The position numbers and the translations under genes are program-made. A stretch of 64,000 nucleotides of DNA from an uncultured Acidobacteriota bacterium (GTDB lineage Bacteria; Acidobacteriota; UBA6911), in the NCBI GenBank assembly GCA_963843575.1, contig CAWJKZ010000019.1:160001-224000 (forward strand). The letters are read 5' to 3'. The number at the start of each line of letters is the position of its first letter. The stretch's first letter is position 1. Below the pieces are notes generated by a model that worked only from the letters and a program-made list of their open reading frames with translations, searched no databases and was not told where the DNA came from. Shown here one piece after another: positions 41,778-54,764 of this stretch.

Positions 41778-42662
41778 TCAGAAGAACGGGAACAACTCCT
41801 TCAGGTTCTCCCGCGTGAGGCGCGACCCGTATTCGCAGCCCTCGAAGGCCTCGGCATACCTCACTCGCGTGGCCCGCTCCGGGCCGTAAAGCTCAATCAG
41901 CTTGTCGCGGTACTTCCCGGCGATGCCTGACCAGAGGGGTTTCCAGGTCTCTCCCAGCCACCTGCGCCGCTCGGTTTTGTCTTTCGGGACGAGATTCAGG
42001 ATGCCCCGATTGAAGGGGAGCCACTCGTACATCTGGGATTCGTGGCAGTCGAGCATGTCGATCTTCTTTTCGATGAACTCAGTTATGTCGACGACCACAT
42101 CCGGCTTGAACGGGACCGGTTTCTGGAAATCGTCATGCGTGTAGACGATCACGGGATTCTTCTCGAGGTGCGGGATCGACGGAACGATGTTGGGGACCGT
42201 CACCATGTACGCCGCATCCTGGATCAGTGTCGCAGTATACCGATGATCCGGATGATAGTCGTTCGGCCGGGGAGAAACGATGAGATCCGGCTTGAACTCC
42301 CGGATTGTTTGGATTATCTGGCGCCGCACGTCGAGTGAAGGTGTGAGCTCGCCGTCGGGATTGTCGAGCACTGTGTAATGGGCCCCGATCGTCTCCCCGG
42401 CTCTCCGGGCTTCCTCGAAGCGGCGTTTGGCCAACGCGCCGCCGCCCGTGGACTGGTGTCCGGCACAGCCGTTCGTCACGGAAACGAGCCGGGCCTTGTG
42501 GCCCAGAGCAATGTATCGCGCGGCAAGGCCGCCGCAATTGTCGGCGTCGTCGGGGTGAGCGCCGATAATGAGCAACCTCAGGGTCTTCTGCTGTCCTGCA
42601 GCCTGGTGGATCCCGAGCATCAAAACAAGTAAGCACAAAAAGGTCCGTAAGCGTGTCCTCAT
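41778..42662 (-). CDS. PIG-L family N-deacetylase (secreted)
   Basis: IGAHPDD, RRFEEA, DYHPDHR; signal peptide. Confidence 0.9.
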   Translation of the reverse strand: MRTRLRTFLCLLVLMLGIHQAAGQQKTLRLLIIGAHPDDADNCGGLAARYIALGHKARLVSVTNGCAGHQSTGGGALAKRRFEEARRAGETIGAHYTVLDNPDGELTPSLDVRRQIIQTIREFKPDLIVSPRPNDYHPDHRYTATLIQDAAYMVTVPNIVPSIPHLEKNPVIVYTHDDFQKPVPFKPDVVVDITEFIEKKIDMLDCHESQMYEWLPFNRGILNLVPKDKTERRRWLGETWKPLWSGIAGKYRDKLIELYGPERATRVRYAEAFEGCEYGSRLTRENLKELFPFF

Positions 42663-42973
42663 GATTGCCTCGCGCTGTTGTTCAGATGACGGATTGTACC
42701 GGGACGGCCCCTTTGATTGTCGAGATAATTCGGCCAGCCTTATCGATTTCCTGCACCTGCCCACTCCGGTTCATTTTGGCAACGCGCGCCGCGCCCGGTC
42801 CACGGCGCTTTGGCATAGAGAATTTGATCCTCTTCCCCCATAAAATGCGAATCAGCCCTGCCCCCCATGCTACATTCATCGACACCGTGGACTATCAACG
42901 AACCGTCCCTCGGCCAACCTCGCGGAACCGGCAGCCCTGTGATCGGGAGTAACCGCGATATGGAGGCGGAACA

Positions 42974-43387
42974 ATGGGTATGATCCTTCGAAGTGTGGGA
43001 GCCGTCATCGCCGGTCTCATCATTGCCACGGTCTTTGTTATCGGCGTGGAGTGGATGAGTTCCATTCTCCATCCTTTCCCCCCGGGGGCAGATCCCACCG
43101 ACATCGAAACGTGCCGGGCGCATGTTGCCCGATATCCGACGGGGGTCCTGCTGCTGTGTTCTTTGGGTTGGGGGCTCGGCACGCTTGCGAGCTCGTGGCT
43201 GGCGGCACGCCTCGGACCGAAAAGGCATGCAGCACACGGCATCGCAGTCGGTTTGATTCTGCTCGCCCTCGCGGTAGCCAACATGGCCATGTTGCCGTAT
43301 CCGGCATGGTTCTGGATTATAAACCTGATCGTATTTCCGGCCGGTTTTTGGTTTGGGGCCAGGTTGGCGCGCGAACGCCGACAATAA
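42974..43387 (+). CDS. hypothetical membrane protein
   Basis: About four hydrophobic segments; GGAGG RBS. Confidence 0.75.
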   Translation: MGMILRSVGAVIAGLIIATVFVIGVEWMSSILHPFPPGADPTDIETCRAHVARYPTGVLLLCSLGWGLGTLASSWLAARLGPKRHAAHGIAVGLILLALAVANMAMLPYPAWFWIINLIVFPAGFWFGARLARERRQ

Positions 43388-43661
43388 GGGCGGTTGCCTC
43401 AGACGTGGAGCACGGGGGCGGCGCGCGTTTTGGGGAGGGGCTGCGATGAGCCGAAGAACGCGTGAAATCACACGAATGGAGGCTCTCGGAGCACTTGTGT
43501 TCCATAGTCGCCGAGTCCGTTCTCGTCAAGCAGCAACTCGTAGTTCTCTGGCACCACTATCCGAGGAGTCCGAGGGAGCGCAACGCTGTAGACATGCCAG
43601 TATCCGCCGCCGCAGTAGAAACCTGGTGAGAAATGCGGGCTAGCGTACGGTGCGAGCCGCC

Positions 43662-44591
<930 letters not shown>

Positions 44592-44810
44592 GGACGTCTC
44601 CTAGGGAAGTCGGAAGGCCGGGAGCCGGGAAGCTCGGAAGTTGCCGGGTTCGGCAGCACAGCCGCCAAGCCTCTGTTCTTTGAACCGTCAAAGCGCGCGC
44701 GTGTTTCGTGTCGACCTGTCGCTCGCCGGCCGGCCGCAATTCTATCGGCATCGGAGGGGTGGATCAAGGACCCAAATCTGACGGCATCTGACGGAGGAGG
44801 GAAACGCCTT

Positions 44811-45104
44811 CTATTGACTATTAGGAGAGTGTCGTAGCTGTAAATTCACATTGTTCTTCAATTCGATTGTGCCTGTCGTGCATTCGCCGGGAGGAACGTA
44901 GACGACTCCGCCTCCGGCCGCGACGCAGGCCTCCACGGCCGCGCGGAGGGCTCCGGTCGCGTTGTCCGCACCCCTGCCGGTGGCTTCCGAAATGCCGGAC
45001 GCCGAAGATGCTCTCCGGCGCCGCAACCGCTGGCTTCTTCGAAGCGGGACAGCCAGGCCGATAACGGCGCTCAATGTCAAAAATGCCGTCCTGGAATTCA
45101 TCAT
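44811..45104 (-). pseudogene. N-terminal fragment of a GH28/pectate-lyase-like beta-helix protein
   Basis: VRHFG.ATG.G..NATGALRAAVEACVAAGGGVVYVPPGE.TTGTIELKNNVNLQL, then truncated; frameshifted. Confidence 0.7.
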
Positions 45105-45192
45105 GCCGGGAAGTGAGGGTCGCCAACGACCCTACGCGGCGGGGAGAATCCCTGGGACGGTGTGCTTGAGGCCGTCGTATGCGGCTGGTGTA

Positions 45193-46071
45193 TCAGCGAT
45201 TGATCTTCGCTATGGCCTCTTTGGCCCAGGTGGCGTATTCGGGACGCTGCTGCAGGTCCGCCACGCGAAAGATTCTCAGGCCGTGGATTTTGTTTTCATT
45301 GATGTAGCGGACGAAGGTGGCCAACGTCTGCTTGTACTCTTCCGGATTCTGCCATCCCGGCACCGTTCCGGAGTTGAGGTAGAGTCCCGCTATGATGGTC
45401 TTGCCCTTGAATTTTTTTGAGATGATGGACAACACTTCGTCGGCGTATGGGAGCAAACGTTCACCGTAGAAACTGGCGACGACCCCGTCGAAGTCGTAGT
45501 CGAATGCCCGGTCCATTTCCATGCGCGGGTAGCACGGAAGCCAGATGGGCAATTGCGGATTCGTGGCGCGGATTTTGGCAATGATCTCGCGCCATTGCGC
45601 GTCAGTTCTTCCCCCCTGGCTTCGCGGGTCTTTCTCTGCCTCCGGTCTCTTCACCGCGTCCATTTCACCATAGAAATCGTTCAAGTAGATTCCGATGATT
45701 CGTTTTTCGGTGAGTGCCTGTTTGGCGATCCACTCGGCATGTGCCATGGACTGGTCGTGCTTCCATCCCCAGACCGACCTCTCGATCTTGGCAATGACGT
45801 ATTTGACTCCCGGCGTATTCAGGTGGCGATACATCAGGGTGTCTTCCAGTTTGTACGTACCGTCGTAAGCCTTGTCGTGCGTCCATATCGTGTTGAAGCC
45901 CACTTCCTTCACGGTGGGCGCAATGTCGACCTTGTCGCTGTGTTCCCAAGCTGTGATCAACACTTCGTTGGGGATCAACGGTGAGCGCTGCGCTTTCGCG
46001 CCGGCCGGGCAGAGCAGTGAGATAGCTGCGGCCAGCAGCGCACTATTCACATGCCTGGATTTTCCGAACAT
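45193..46071 (-). CDS. hypothetical secreted protein, possibly TIM-barrel glycoside-hydrolase-like
   Basis: Signal peptide; IIGIYLNDF; clean 292-aa ORF with GGAG RBS. Confidence 0.65.
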   Translation of the reverse strand: MFGKSRHVNSALLAAAISLLCPAGAKAQRSPLIPNEVLITAWEHSDKVDIAPTVKEVGFNTIWTHDKAYDGTYKLEDTLMYRHLNTPGVKYVIAKIERSVWGWKHDQSMAHAEWIAKQALTEKRIIGIYLNDFYGEMDAVKRPEAEKDPRSQGGRTDAQWREIIAKIRATNPQLPIWLPCYPRMEMDRAFDYDFDGVVASFYGERLLPYADEVLSIISKKFKGKTIIAGLYLNSGTVPGWQNPEEYKQTLATFVRYINENKIHGLRIFRVADLQQRPEYATWAKEAIAKINR

Positions 46072-46719
46072 GGATGATTTCTCCTATTTCAGGTAGTCGT
46101 TCCCTCCGGTCCATCCAACGGGAGGATCATACGCTGATAGTCCGAACAAGCTGCGAGTTTTCTCGCATACTCAGGTACGGAACCAGCTTCTGATATAAGG
46201 TGGTGGACCAGATCCACCTGCGGCGGACGGAAGGGACGCTGATGCCAGAACGAGCGCCGCTGCAACCAGCCAGTTCCCTGGTTGGATCCGGAATTTCGGG
46301 ATCGAACTCGGGCATCCTCTCCAGCCAGTAGATCCCTCCGTCCACCACCATGCCGGTGTTGTGAGTCGCCTGGCCAATTGCGAAGGTGAGCTTGTTGCCC
46401 CCTTATACACTGTCCATCCAAAGTGCGACGAGATGGTCGCGGAGGCTTTTCATGGTGTGCCTCCCGAAAACTCGATCCGAGTATGATCCAATAAAGCCCG
46501 GCGAGCCGCTAACGATTACTGGGACTGCTAAAACTCGATCTCGAACGCCTGTGCCGGCATATAATCGACCTCGACGACCGATGCAGGAACCGCGGAGCGA
46601 CTCGCCGAAGTTGTCATAGGGCCCTATTGGGGAACTTGATCGGCAGCCGCACCCGAGGCTGGCATCCGTAATGCAGTCCATTCCGACTGCGCGCGTTGGC
46701 AGGGATGTTCTTCGTCGCA

Positions 46720-46843
46720 GGGCGCCGGCCGGAATCCGGGAGTGGCGGTGGTGGGTGGCAGGGATTCTGCCGGTGCTCCCGGGGCGGTCGGCGGCAAAGT
46801 CGATATCGGCTGCTACGAGTCGAAACAGGAGGAGTCAACATGA
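46720..46843 (+). pseudogene. C-terminal remnant of a paralogue of the downstream beta-helix gene
   Basis: AGRNPGVAVVGGRDSAGAP..VGGKVDIGCYESKQEEST* versus downstream AGRNTDASVTGTEDLAGSPRVKGGKIDIGCYQAQ*. Confidence 0.6.
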
Positions 46844-48378
46844 ACCGCATTATCGCGCCGGCTGCCGTATGCCTCGTGCTGGCCGCCGGGGCTGCGCTCC
46901 GCGCCCCGGCCGTCTACGTATCCACCACCGGAGACGATGCGAATCCCGGGACCAAGGCCAAACCGTGGAAGACGCTGCAACATGCCGCCGATGTCGCCAC
47001 TACCGGGAACCACCGTGAACATTCGCGGGGGCGTCTATTGCCAGCAGTTGGCGGTGAAGGTTTCAGGCAGCGCGGAGAAGGGATTCATCACCTTTCGCAG
47101 CCAGCCGGGCGAGACGGCGGTCCTCGACGGCGCCTGCCTGGCACCGCCCGAAGGGGGCCCCCGCGGCGGCGGCGCGGCCATGGTGGCGCTGAACAACGTG
47201 AGCTACGTGCGCCTCCAGGGCCTGGAGATCCGCAATTACCGCACCGACGACCGCCGCCGCACGCCGGCCGGGATTCGCGTCTCGGGCGCCGGCAGCCATA
47301 TCGAGATCCTGAAGAACAACGTCCATCACATCGAGCAGAACTTTCCGGGACGGGACCGGCCGGGCAGCGGGGGAAACGGCTTCGGCATCGCGGTCTACGG
47401 CACGGACCCAAAGACCCCCATCAGCGATCTACTCATCGATGGCAATGAGGTTCACCACCTGAAGACCGGTTCGAGCGAGTCGCTGGTGCTGAACGGTAAC
47501 GTGGCGGGTTTCCGCGTCACCCGCAATGTCGTCCATGACAACAACAACATCGGTATCGACCTCATAGGCCATGAGCGCGTCGCCAAGAACCCCGAGGTAG
47601 ACCGCGCGCGCGACGGCGTGATCAGCGGAAACCTGGTCTACAACATCACCTCGAAAGGCAACCCCGCCTACGGCGACGAGGTGAACTCAGACGGTATCTA
47701 CGTGGACGGCGGCACACGTCTGCTGATCGAGCGCAACATCATGCACGACGTGGACTTCGGAATCGAGCTGGCAAGCGAGCACTTCGGCAAGACCACGAGC
47801 CATATCACGGCGCGCAACAACCTGATCTATAACTGCCACACGGCGGGCATTACCGTGGGAGGCTACGACGCCAAGCGGGGCACCACCGAGAACTGCATCA
47901 TCGCAAACAACACGCTTTACAACAACGATACCTGGGGCACCGAAACAGGCGAGTTCATGATGCAGTTCTACATGCGCAACAACGTCTTCGAGAACAACAT
48001 CATCTACGTCGGCAAGCACGGTCGCGTGATGACCAGCAAGTCGGGGCGCATGGACCCGAATACCCCCACCGTGACCATGGACCACAACGTCTACTATTTC
48101 CCGGGAGGGTCCCGAAAGCGGCCGAATGGCATTTCGACAATCAGGATTACCCCAGTTTCGAGGACTACGTCGAGGCCACCGGCAACGACCGCAACTCCCG
48201 CTTCGCCGATCCGCTTTTCGTCAATCCCACGGCCAATAACTTCCACTTGCGGAAGGGCTCTCCGGCGCGCGGCGCCGGCCGCAACACGGACGCCTCGGTG
48301 ACCGGCACCGAGGACCTCGCCGGCTCGCCCAGGGTGAAGGGCGGCAAGATAGACATCGGCTGCTACCAGGCGCAGTGA
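46840..48378 (+). CDS. secreted right-handed parallel beta-helix protein (polysaccharide-lyase-like; 2 apparent frameshifts)
   Basis: YVSTTGDDANPGTKAKPWKTLQHAAD; PbH1-type repeats (NNVHH, NVVHDNNNIGID, GIYVDGG, NNTLYNN); DIGCY tail. Confidence 0.82.
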
Positions 48379-48384
48379 AGCGGG

Positions 48385-49338
48385 TCAGCGCATGTAGGGA
48401 ACGAAGCCCCGCGTTTTGGTCTTCAGCCGGTACACGGAGGACGTTGCCGTAATGTAGAGCGTGCGCAGGTCGGCATCGCCCCAGGCCAGGTTCGCGGCGT
48501 TCTCCGGCAGGACGATGGTGCCCAGGTGCTTGCCGCTGGGGGCCCAAACCCAGATCCCGAGCGGCCCGGTCACAAAAAGATTGCCCCGGCGGTCAACCCG
48601 CATGCCATCGGGAACGCCGGTTCGCGGCGGTCCTTCTTCCTTTCCGAACAGCCGTGGGTTGCTCAGGTCTCCGTTGCGGCCAACATCGTAGACACGAATC
48701 TCGCGCGTTTTGGAGTCATCGATGTAGAGGCGCTTGCCATCCGGTGAAAACGCCAGTCCGTTGGGTGCGTCGAGGTCTTTGACCAGGAGGCGCAGCGACC
48801 CGTCCGTGCCCAGCCGGTATACGCCCTGAAACGGGATCTCCTGTTTCTGATCCTTGGGCAGGTCCATGTTCGGGTCCGTGAAATAGAAGGCGCCGTCAGG
48901 GCCCAGCACGATGTCGTTGGGGCTGTTGAGGCGCTTCCCCTCGTACTTGTCGGCCAATACCCGGTACGTGCCGTCCGGTTGAACCGCAATCACCACGCGG
49001 TCGGTATCGCCGGTGGTAATCAGCCGGTACTTGCGGTCCATGGTGCTGCCGTCGGGGTCGCCGATGTCCAGCGCTTTCTCGATGCGCCCGTCCGGGAAAA
49101 CGCGCGAGACCCGGTTGTTGGTCTCATCCGTCACGTACAGGAACCCTTTTGGGTGCCAGGCGGGGCCTTCCAGGAAACCGAAACCGCCTGCGACCTTTTC
49201 AAGCGTGGCTCCCCGATCGATCAGCTTCCAGAATTCTTCCGACTCCGCCTTTAATTCGAATGGACGCTGCGGGCGCGGCTGGGCCTCCAGTCGCTGCAGC
49301 AGGCACAATCCCAACAGTACCCAATGTATCGGTTTCAT
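48385..49338 (-). CDS. SMP-30/gluconolactonase/LRE family protein
   Basis: FLEGPAW, LNSPNDIV..DGAFYFTDP, PNGLAFSPDG, PDGMRVD, ANLAWG. Confidence 0.92.
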   Translation of the reverse strand: MKPIHWVLLGLCLLQRLEAQPRPQRPFELKAESEEFWKLIDRGATLEKVAGGFGFLEGPAWHPKGFLYVTDETNNRVSRVFPDGRIEKALDIGDPDGSTMDRKYRLITTGDTDRVVIAVQPDGTYRVLADKYEGKRLNSPNDIVLGPDGAFYFTDPNMDLPKDQKQEIPFQGVYRLGTDGSLRLLVKDLDAPNGLAFSPDGKRLYIDDSKTREIRVYDVGRNGDLSNPRLFGKEEGPPRTGVPDGMRVDRRGNLFVTGPLGIWVWAPSGKHLGTIVLPENAANLAWGDADLRTLYITATSSVYRLKTKTRGFVPYMR

Positions 49339-49436
49339 AAACTGTAGTATACACAGCACGGCAATCGAGTTCAGGCCAGAAGGCCCGTGCCACTCAAAAC
49401 CTTTTCCGGCCCTTCGAGGCGGCCTCGTTTTTTCCG

Positions 49437-49629
49437 TGAAGCCCGGACGCAGTTTGCGGTCGCTGTAACGAGCGCCCGTCGCTACAGAGATCAGATCAAA
49501 AGACGTCCGGGCTGAAGCCCGGACCCACTTGTTTTCCGGCAGGCCGGGAGGTTCAACCGTTGGACGACCTCTGAAGCCCGGACGCAGTTTGCGGTCGCTG
49601 TAACGAGCGCCCGTCGCCACATAGATCAG
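49437..49629. repeat. two 58-bp direct repeats with REP-like palindromes
   Basis: 49437-49494 and 49572-49629 differ at 2 positions; the spacer contains the GTCCGGGCTGAAGCCCGGAC palindrome. Confidence 0.85.
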
Positions 49630-49784
49630 GACTGGCGCGTTGCTCTTGTCCGCCCGCAGCGCGGCTTTCAGTGTCGCCTCCACTCGGAGACCCGCCGCAA
49701 CCATCCCGCCTCAGAACGAAGACCAAAGGAAGCGCAATAAAGCCAGAAGCCTGCTATGCTCCATTGGAGACAGGAGTTGAGACG

Positions 49785-52142
49785 ATGAAGCTCTATCCCC
49801 TTGTTGCATCTCTGGCAGCAGTCGCGGCCGTGGCTGCGCCCCTGCCCAGCCGCTTTGAAAAGCCGCGCGTGGCTATTATCATCAGCCACGACAGCTTTAA
49901 GCAGGACTGGAATACGACCCAAATGTCGGGCCACGCCTGGGCCGGGAACGCCAACCTGGCAGGTCTTCCCTACGACACCGTCTTCGTGAGCGACGTCGCG
50001 GACGCAACGGCTCTCCAGCGCTACCGTGCGCTGGTCTTCGCGCAGTGCTTCGCCGTGGAGGACGCGCCGGCGCGGCAGTTGGAAACGGCCCTGGGCGCTT
50101 ATCTGCAAGCCGGCGGCGGCGTGATCGTGGACGGGAGACTCGCGGTGGTGGACGAGAACGGCAAGCCGCGGGACCACGCGGCGCTCGATGCGCTGCTGGG
50201 CATCGAGTATCCGGGCCTCCAGGGCGACACGGGATTTCGCGTGACGGTCAAGGACAACCGGCACTTCATCGTGCGCCAGTTCGACCCGGGCCAGTACTTG
50301 AATCAGTTCATGGCCGGGGGATTGAACATCCTCCAATTCGCCGGGCAAACGGGCACGCTGCTGGTCAGCACGGACGGCAGGCAGTCCTGGCCGTTTCTGT
50401 CCGCGGCCAGCCGCGGCCCAGGCCGCGTGGTGCTGTTCAGCGACCTCACCACTCTGGCCGGAGCGACATCCATCTTCCGCAACGAGCCGCCCCAGGGTTT
50501 TTACGCCAACAAGCTGATCGACACTGCCATCCGCGGGTTGCAGTGGGCGACCTACGGCAGTGTGCGCGGGCCTATTCCGGCCCCGCAACTCGTCAACGCC
50601 AACATGGCCGCCATTGTACGGCTGGATGCGGACCTCAGCCCCAAACTGGAGTATCAACAACAGACCTTCCGCTTCCTCACCGAGACCGCCGAGCAGACCG
50701 GTGTTCAGAGCCGTTTACGCGTGGGTTTCGAGCGGCGCCACAAAAGCCGGCTGGGAGGCCCTCGCGCCGCTCGGCAAACGGCTGGAGGAAGTCGGCGGCC
50801 AGATCGGCACCCACAGCAAGAACCACCGCATCCGCAACGGCATGCCGGAGGAACAGTGGAAGGTCGAACTGGAGGACTCCGTCGCCGAAATCGAAAGCAA
50901 CCTGGCGCGGGTGGGCACGCCACTGGGAAAGGTCGAGTGGTTCATCAATCCGGGCGACACCATCAGCAATCTGCTACTACGACAAGCTGGCGCGGCTGTT
51001 CCGCATGTGCATGACCCACGGGTTCGAGCAAGACACGCCCATCGGATTCGGGAACATGACCTGGTACACCGGCGCGGAGAAGAATTTCGTGGTGTTCGAG
51101 GACGTTCCGTCACCCGACTATCAGTGGTATTACGACCCCGAGTGGAGCTATACGACGGCGCAGATCACGTCCTACCAGGAGGCCATTCTCGATCACCTGT
51201 TTCAAGGTGTCGGCCGCGGCGTGGTGTACAACCAGATGTGGCACGACTACGGGATCTTCTCCATGCCGGTGACTCAGCGTGCGTTGCCTGCCGGCGCCGC
51301 CCCCAGGCCACCGCGCATCAAGAACACCTACCTGCTGCCGCTCTACGAAGCCGTGCGCGCGAAGTGGGCGTCGCTGCCCATCTATGCACCGGAGCCTGAA
51401 GATCTCGCCAACAAGGTGCTCGCCCTGGCGCAATGGGACTATTCGTGGCAGGCCGACGAGTCGCGCGTCGATCTGACTCTGGATATGTCGGGGCTGCGAA
51501 AAGACGAGATCGCACAGTTTATCGGCGGCATGGGGATCCGCATCGACAACACGGCCGACCCGATCCAGTCCGTTACGATCGACGGCCAGCCGCACCTCGC
51601 CTTTTCCGATCACATGGTGATCCTCCCCAACCTCGCGAAGGGGCTCCACAAGGTGTCCGTGACCCTGGGGCCGCTGCCGTCCAACGCGACGCGCCTCACT
51701 TACGTATCCAAGAGGATGCCCGCCGTGCGGCAGCAGGCCGACGGCCTGGCGGTGGAACTGCTGGCCAGGAGCAAGGCCCGCATGTCCTTCCACACGGATA
51801 CCCCGGCGGTCCTGGTGGGGGCCGATTTCCAGGAGTGGAACCGCAAGGGCAACCGCCAGTTGGATGCCTGGGTGGTGTCCGACCGGACCGTGGTGCTGCG
51901 CAAGGCGGCGCGTACCGGTTTCGGGATTTTGCAGGCCTCGGTCGCGCGTGCTGGATTTCCGGGACACACCTTCGGCTGTCATCCTGACGCTGGAGGGTCC
52001 GAGCGCGGATTCGCCGCTCCGGTTCACCGCCGGCCGGGCTCCCAAGCGCATCCTCGTGAACGGCAAGCCCGTCCAGGCGCCCGATTCGGAAATCATGGTG
52101 CCGCAGGCCCGGGGCAAGGTGCAGGTGCAGGTAGAGTTCTGA
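49785..52142 (+). CDS. secreted protein with a glutamine-amidotransferase-like trimerisation domain and a polysaccharide-deacetylase-like domain (3 apparent frameshifts)
   Basis: Signal peptide; ALGAYLQAGGGVI..LDALLGI; IVRLDAD, QIGTHSKNH, MWHDY. Confidence 0.65.
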
Positions 52143-52217
52143 GTTGTCAATCAGTACAGTGCTGAGTGGCACAGGAAAGGCACGTGAAACAGAGCCCCCA
52201 GCACCCCAAAACGGAAC

Positions 52218-52406
52218 ATGCTGATCTGCACGAAGCCGACTCGGAAATGGCGCTTGGTTCGCGACGGCAGCTTCCCCCCAAGCCGCCGAATCGGAAAATT
52301 TGCGACTGCGTGGCTTTTCTCAGAGGTAACCGAATGGATCCAGGCCCGCGCCAACGGACGCGCGACATGGCACAGCAAATCGGAGGAACCATCGACCTGT
52401 AAATGA
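52218..52406 (+). pseudogene. AlpA-family (excisionase-like) regulator, N-terminally eroded
   Basis: WRLVRDGSFPPSRRIGKFATAWLFSEVTEWIQAR matches the AlpA C-half pattern G.FP....G....AW..SEV..WI. Confidence 0.7.
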
Positions 52407-52642
52407 GGACACTCAGTCAATCCACACTTGATTCGTCGTTCCACCTCGGACCAAAGAGCGTGTCCGAGATCCTTGTGTTGAAGGGTAAAGCGCTGCAGCG
52501 TATTCCCTGAACGTGTCTTGTCAGATAGGCTCCAGCCTCCATGGCAGATCAATCCGGAACAGGGAACTCGATCGAGAACAGATCGAGGAACGCCAGCAGC
52601 CGGTTGCGGCTCGGTTGAAGGTTTCTGTACCACGGCCGCGCT

Positions 52643-54590
52643 TTACCGATACACCCCCAGTTCGGCGATGTGGCCGGCGTCGTTGGCGCTGTTGGCGAGG
52701 ATCGTCACCCGCACATACCTGGCCTGGCGGGGAGTGAAGCGGTAGGTCTCGCCGGCGGCCGTGGCCAGGGCGTCGTCCATCTTCTCCCCCACCTGGCACC
52801 AGGCACTGTTGTCCGGTGATACTTCCACTCGATAGTGGTAGTGCCGCTGATCCCCGAAGCAGGTCAGCACCCACACGCGGCTGATCGTCTCCACCTTCCC
52901 CAGGTCCACGGTCAGCCACTGTGGCAGACCGTCAGCGCCCCAGTAGGTGCCGGGAGCCTGGTCGGTGGCGTACGCCAGCGGGTACCCGAGCCCGTGCAGT
53001 CCGGCGTCGCGGCGCGTCCAGTCGGAGCACTCACCACCCTTGAAGGCCGCCAGGTTGTCGACCGCCTCCGGCGGCCGAGCTTCTGCTTCTGGTCGGCCAG
53101 GTAGCCAGCCAGAGCCGCCTCATTGGCTGCGCGCCGTGCGGACAGCTCCGCCGCGCGGGCCTGGCGCTGGCGAGATCGCCTCGGCTGCCCACGGTGCCAG
53201 GTCGCGAGGGCCGCGGATGCGGTCAGCGGCCGGCAGGTAGTAGTCGCGGAACTCCCGGTCCTCTTCAGGGAGCAGGAAGTACTTCGCGCCACTGTGGACC
53301 TGCAGTCCCGGCCAGTAGGGAATGCGGAAGTTGGCCCCCAGCGCCCAGTCGAACATGGTCTGGTCCAGGCGGCAGTTCTCGTAGCACAACTCCCCGATCG
53401 CATTGCTGAGGCTGTAACCCGACACGACATAGCGCAGGTAGACGGGGTCAACGTGGTCGCGCCGAAGCCCCTCGCCACGCAGCAGGTAGTCGGCCCAGGT
53501 GTCCACGAAGGGGCAGTAGACGTCAACCGATCGCAGCGGGAGCGTCGTGCAGTGCACGTAGAGGCGACGGCTTCCGAGCAACTTGCGCGTCTGCCGGATG
53601 CATTCCCAGGCCTTCAGCACATCGGGAAACTCCCCGTCCCAGTACAGGCCGTCTACGCGGTACTCGCTGCAGGAGCCACCTGACCTCCTCCAGGTAGAGG
53701 TCCACGGCGTCCGCGCGCAGCTGGCCATCGGGCGCATAGGCGGGAGTGTAGTAGTAGGGCGAGCTGTAGGGCAGCACCAGGTAGCCCAGCTTGTGGGCCA
53801 GATCAATTACCTCTCGGAAGCGCGCGGGGTCTTTTGGGCTTGATGTGCTTGACGCCGAATCCGTCCCAGAACTCCAGGTGCAGGACCAGCACGTTGCCCA
53901 TCTTCCGCCAGGCGACGAGCTCCTCGTCAGTCGGCAGCGGACGGTCGGAAAGGCCCGGCGTCAGCTCCTTTGGGAACTGGTGGACGATGCGCTCTTCGCG
54001 ATGCTGCCGCCAGTTGTACGCGCGGGGCGGGCAGACGCCGATGAGCAGGGTGCTGCGCGCGGGCAGGTCCTGTCGGACGACGAACGCGCCGGCCGACTGC
54101 GCCACTGTCGGCTGCTTTGCAGCGGCGCCGAGCGGGTAGAGACCGAAGCCGCCGGAGGTGTCGAGGGCGAGGACGCCGTAAGGCTCGACCCGCAGGTACT
54201 CGGGACCGAAGCTGCCGTCAACGATGACGGACAGCGGCCGGCGCGCATCGAGACGGAGCACGGAGTCGCAGGTGACCGTGGCGAGAGGCCCCGAGGCGCT
54301 GCGCAGCTTGACGCTCTCGTCGCTGCGCTCCAGTACTCCTCAGGCCGCGCAGCGCCTCCGGACCGACCGCCAGCGACCCGAGGCGGCGCGAGGCCGCCGA
54401 TCCGCTGGGAGAAGGCGACCGTGCCCGCAGCGGGGCGGAACTCGAAGGTGGCTCCGGTCGTCGTGACCCGGAACGAAGCGCGGTCACTGGTGACCTCCTC
54501 GACGCGCATGTCGAAAGGCCAGGGCAGCGTGGCGGCGAAGGTGATGGTGCAGATGGCGGGCAACACCGCGACGGCCCACAGGCGGTGCAT
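52643..54590 (-). CDS. secreted GH-like protein with C-terminal F5/8 type C (discoidin) domain (multiple frameshifts; possibly a pseudogene)
   Basis: Signal MHRLWAVAVLPAICT; YRVDGLYWDG; C-terminal VDLGKVETISRV..YRVEVSPDN..W..ARYVRV..HIAELGVY. Confidence 0.6.
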
Positions 54591-54764
54591 GACGGTCAAC
54601 CTCCAAGCGTGGTGAACGTGCGATGTTTCTGCGATCCCGAACGGGACTTTATACCTTGAAGATATTTCCGGATACGGAATTCTCAGAATTGTCCGCTGTA
54701 GCACGTCGGACTAGTGGCGTGCCACGGTCATGCTGCAAGTCGAGCGCTGTAAGCGCGGTACAGG

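Noticed and set aside
43600-43645. GGTGAGAAATGCGGGCTAG as an IS terminal repeat
   Set aside because: No partner repeat or transposase nearby.
46089-46700. Short ORFs between the secreted protein and the beta-helix gene
   Set aside because: No recognisable family, RBS or consistent frame; possibly decayed coding DNA but unsupported.
49437-49629. Possible CRISPR mini-array
   Set aside because: Only two units; the 58-bp repeat and 77-bp spacer are too long; the spacer itself is REP-like; no cas genes.
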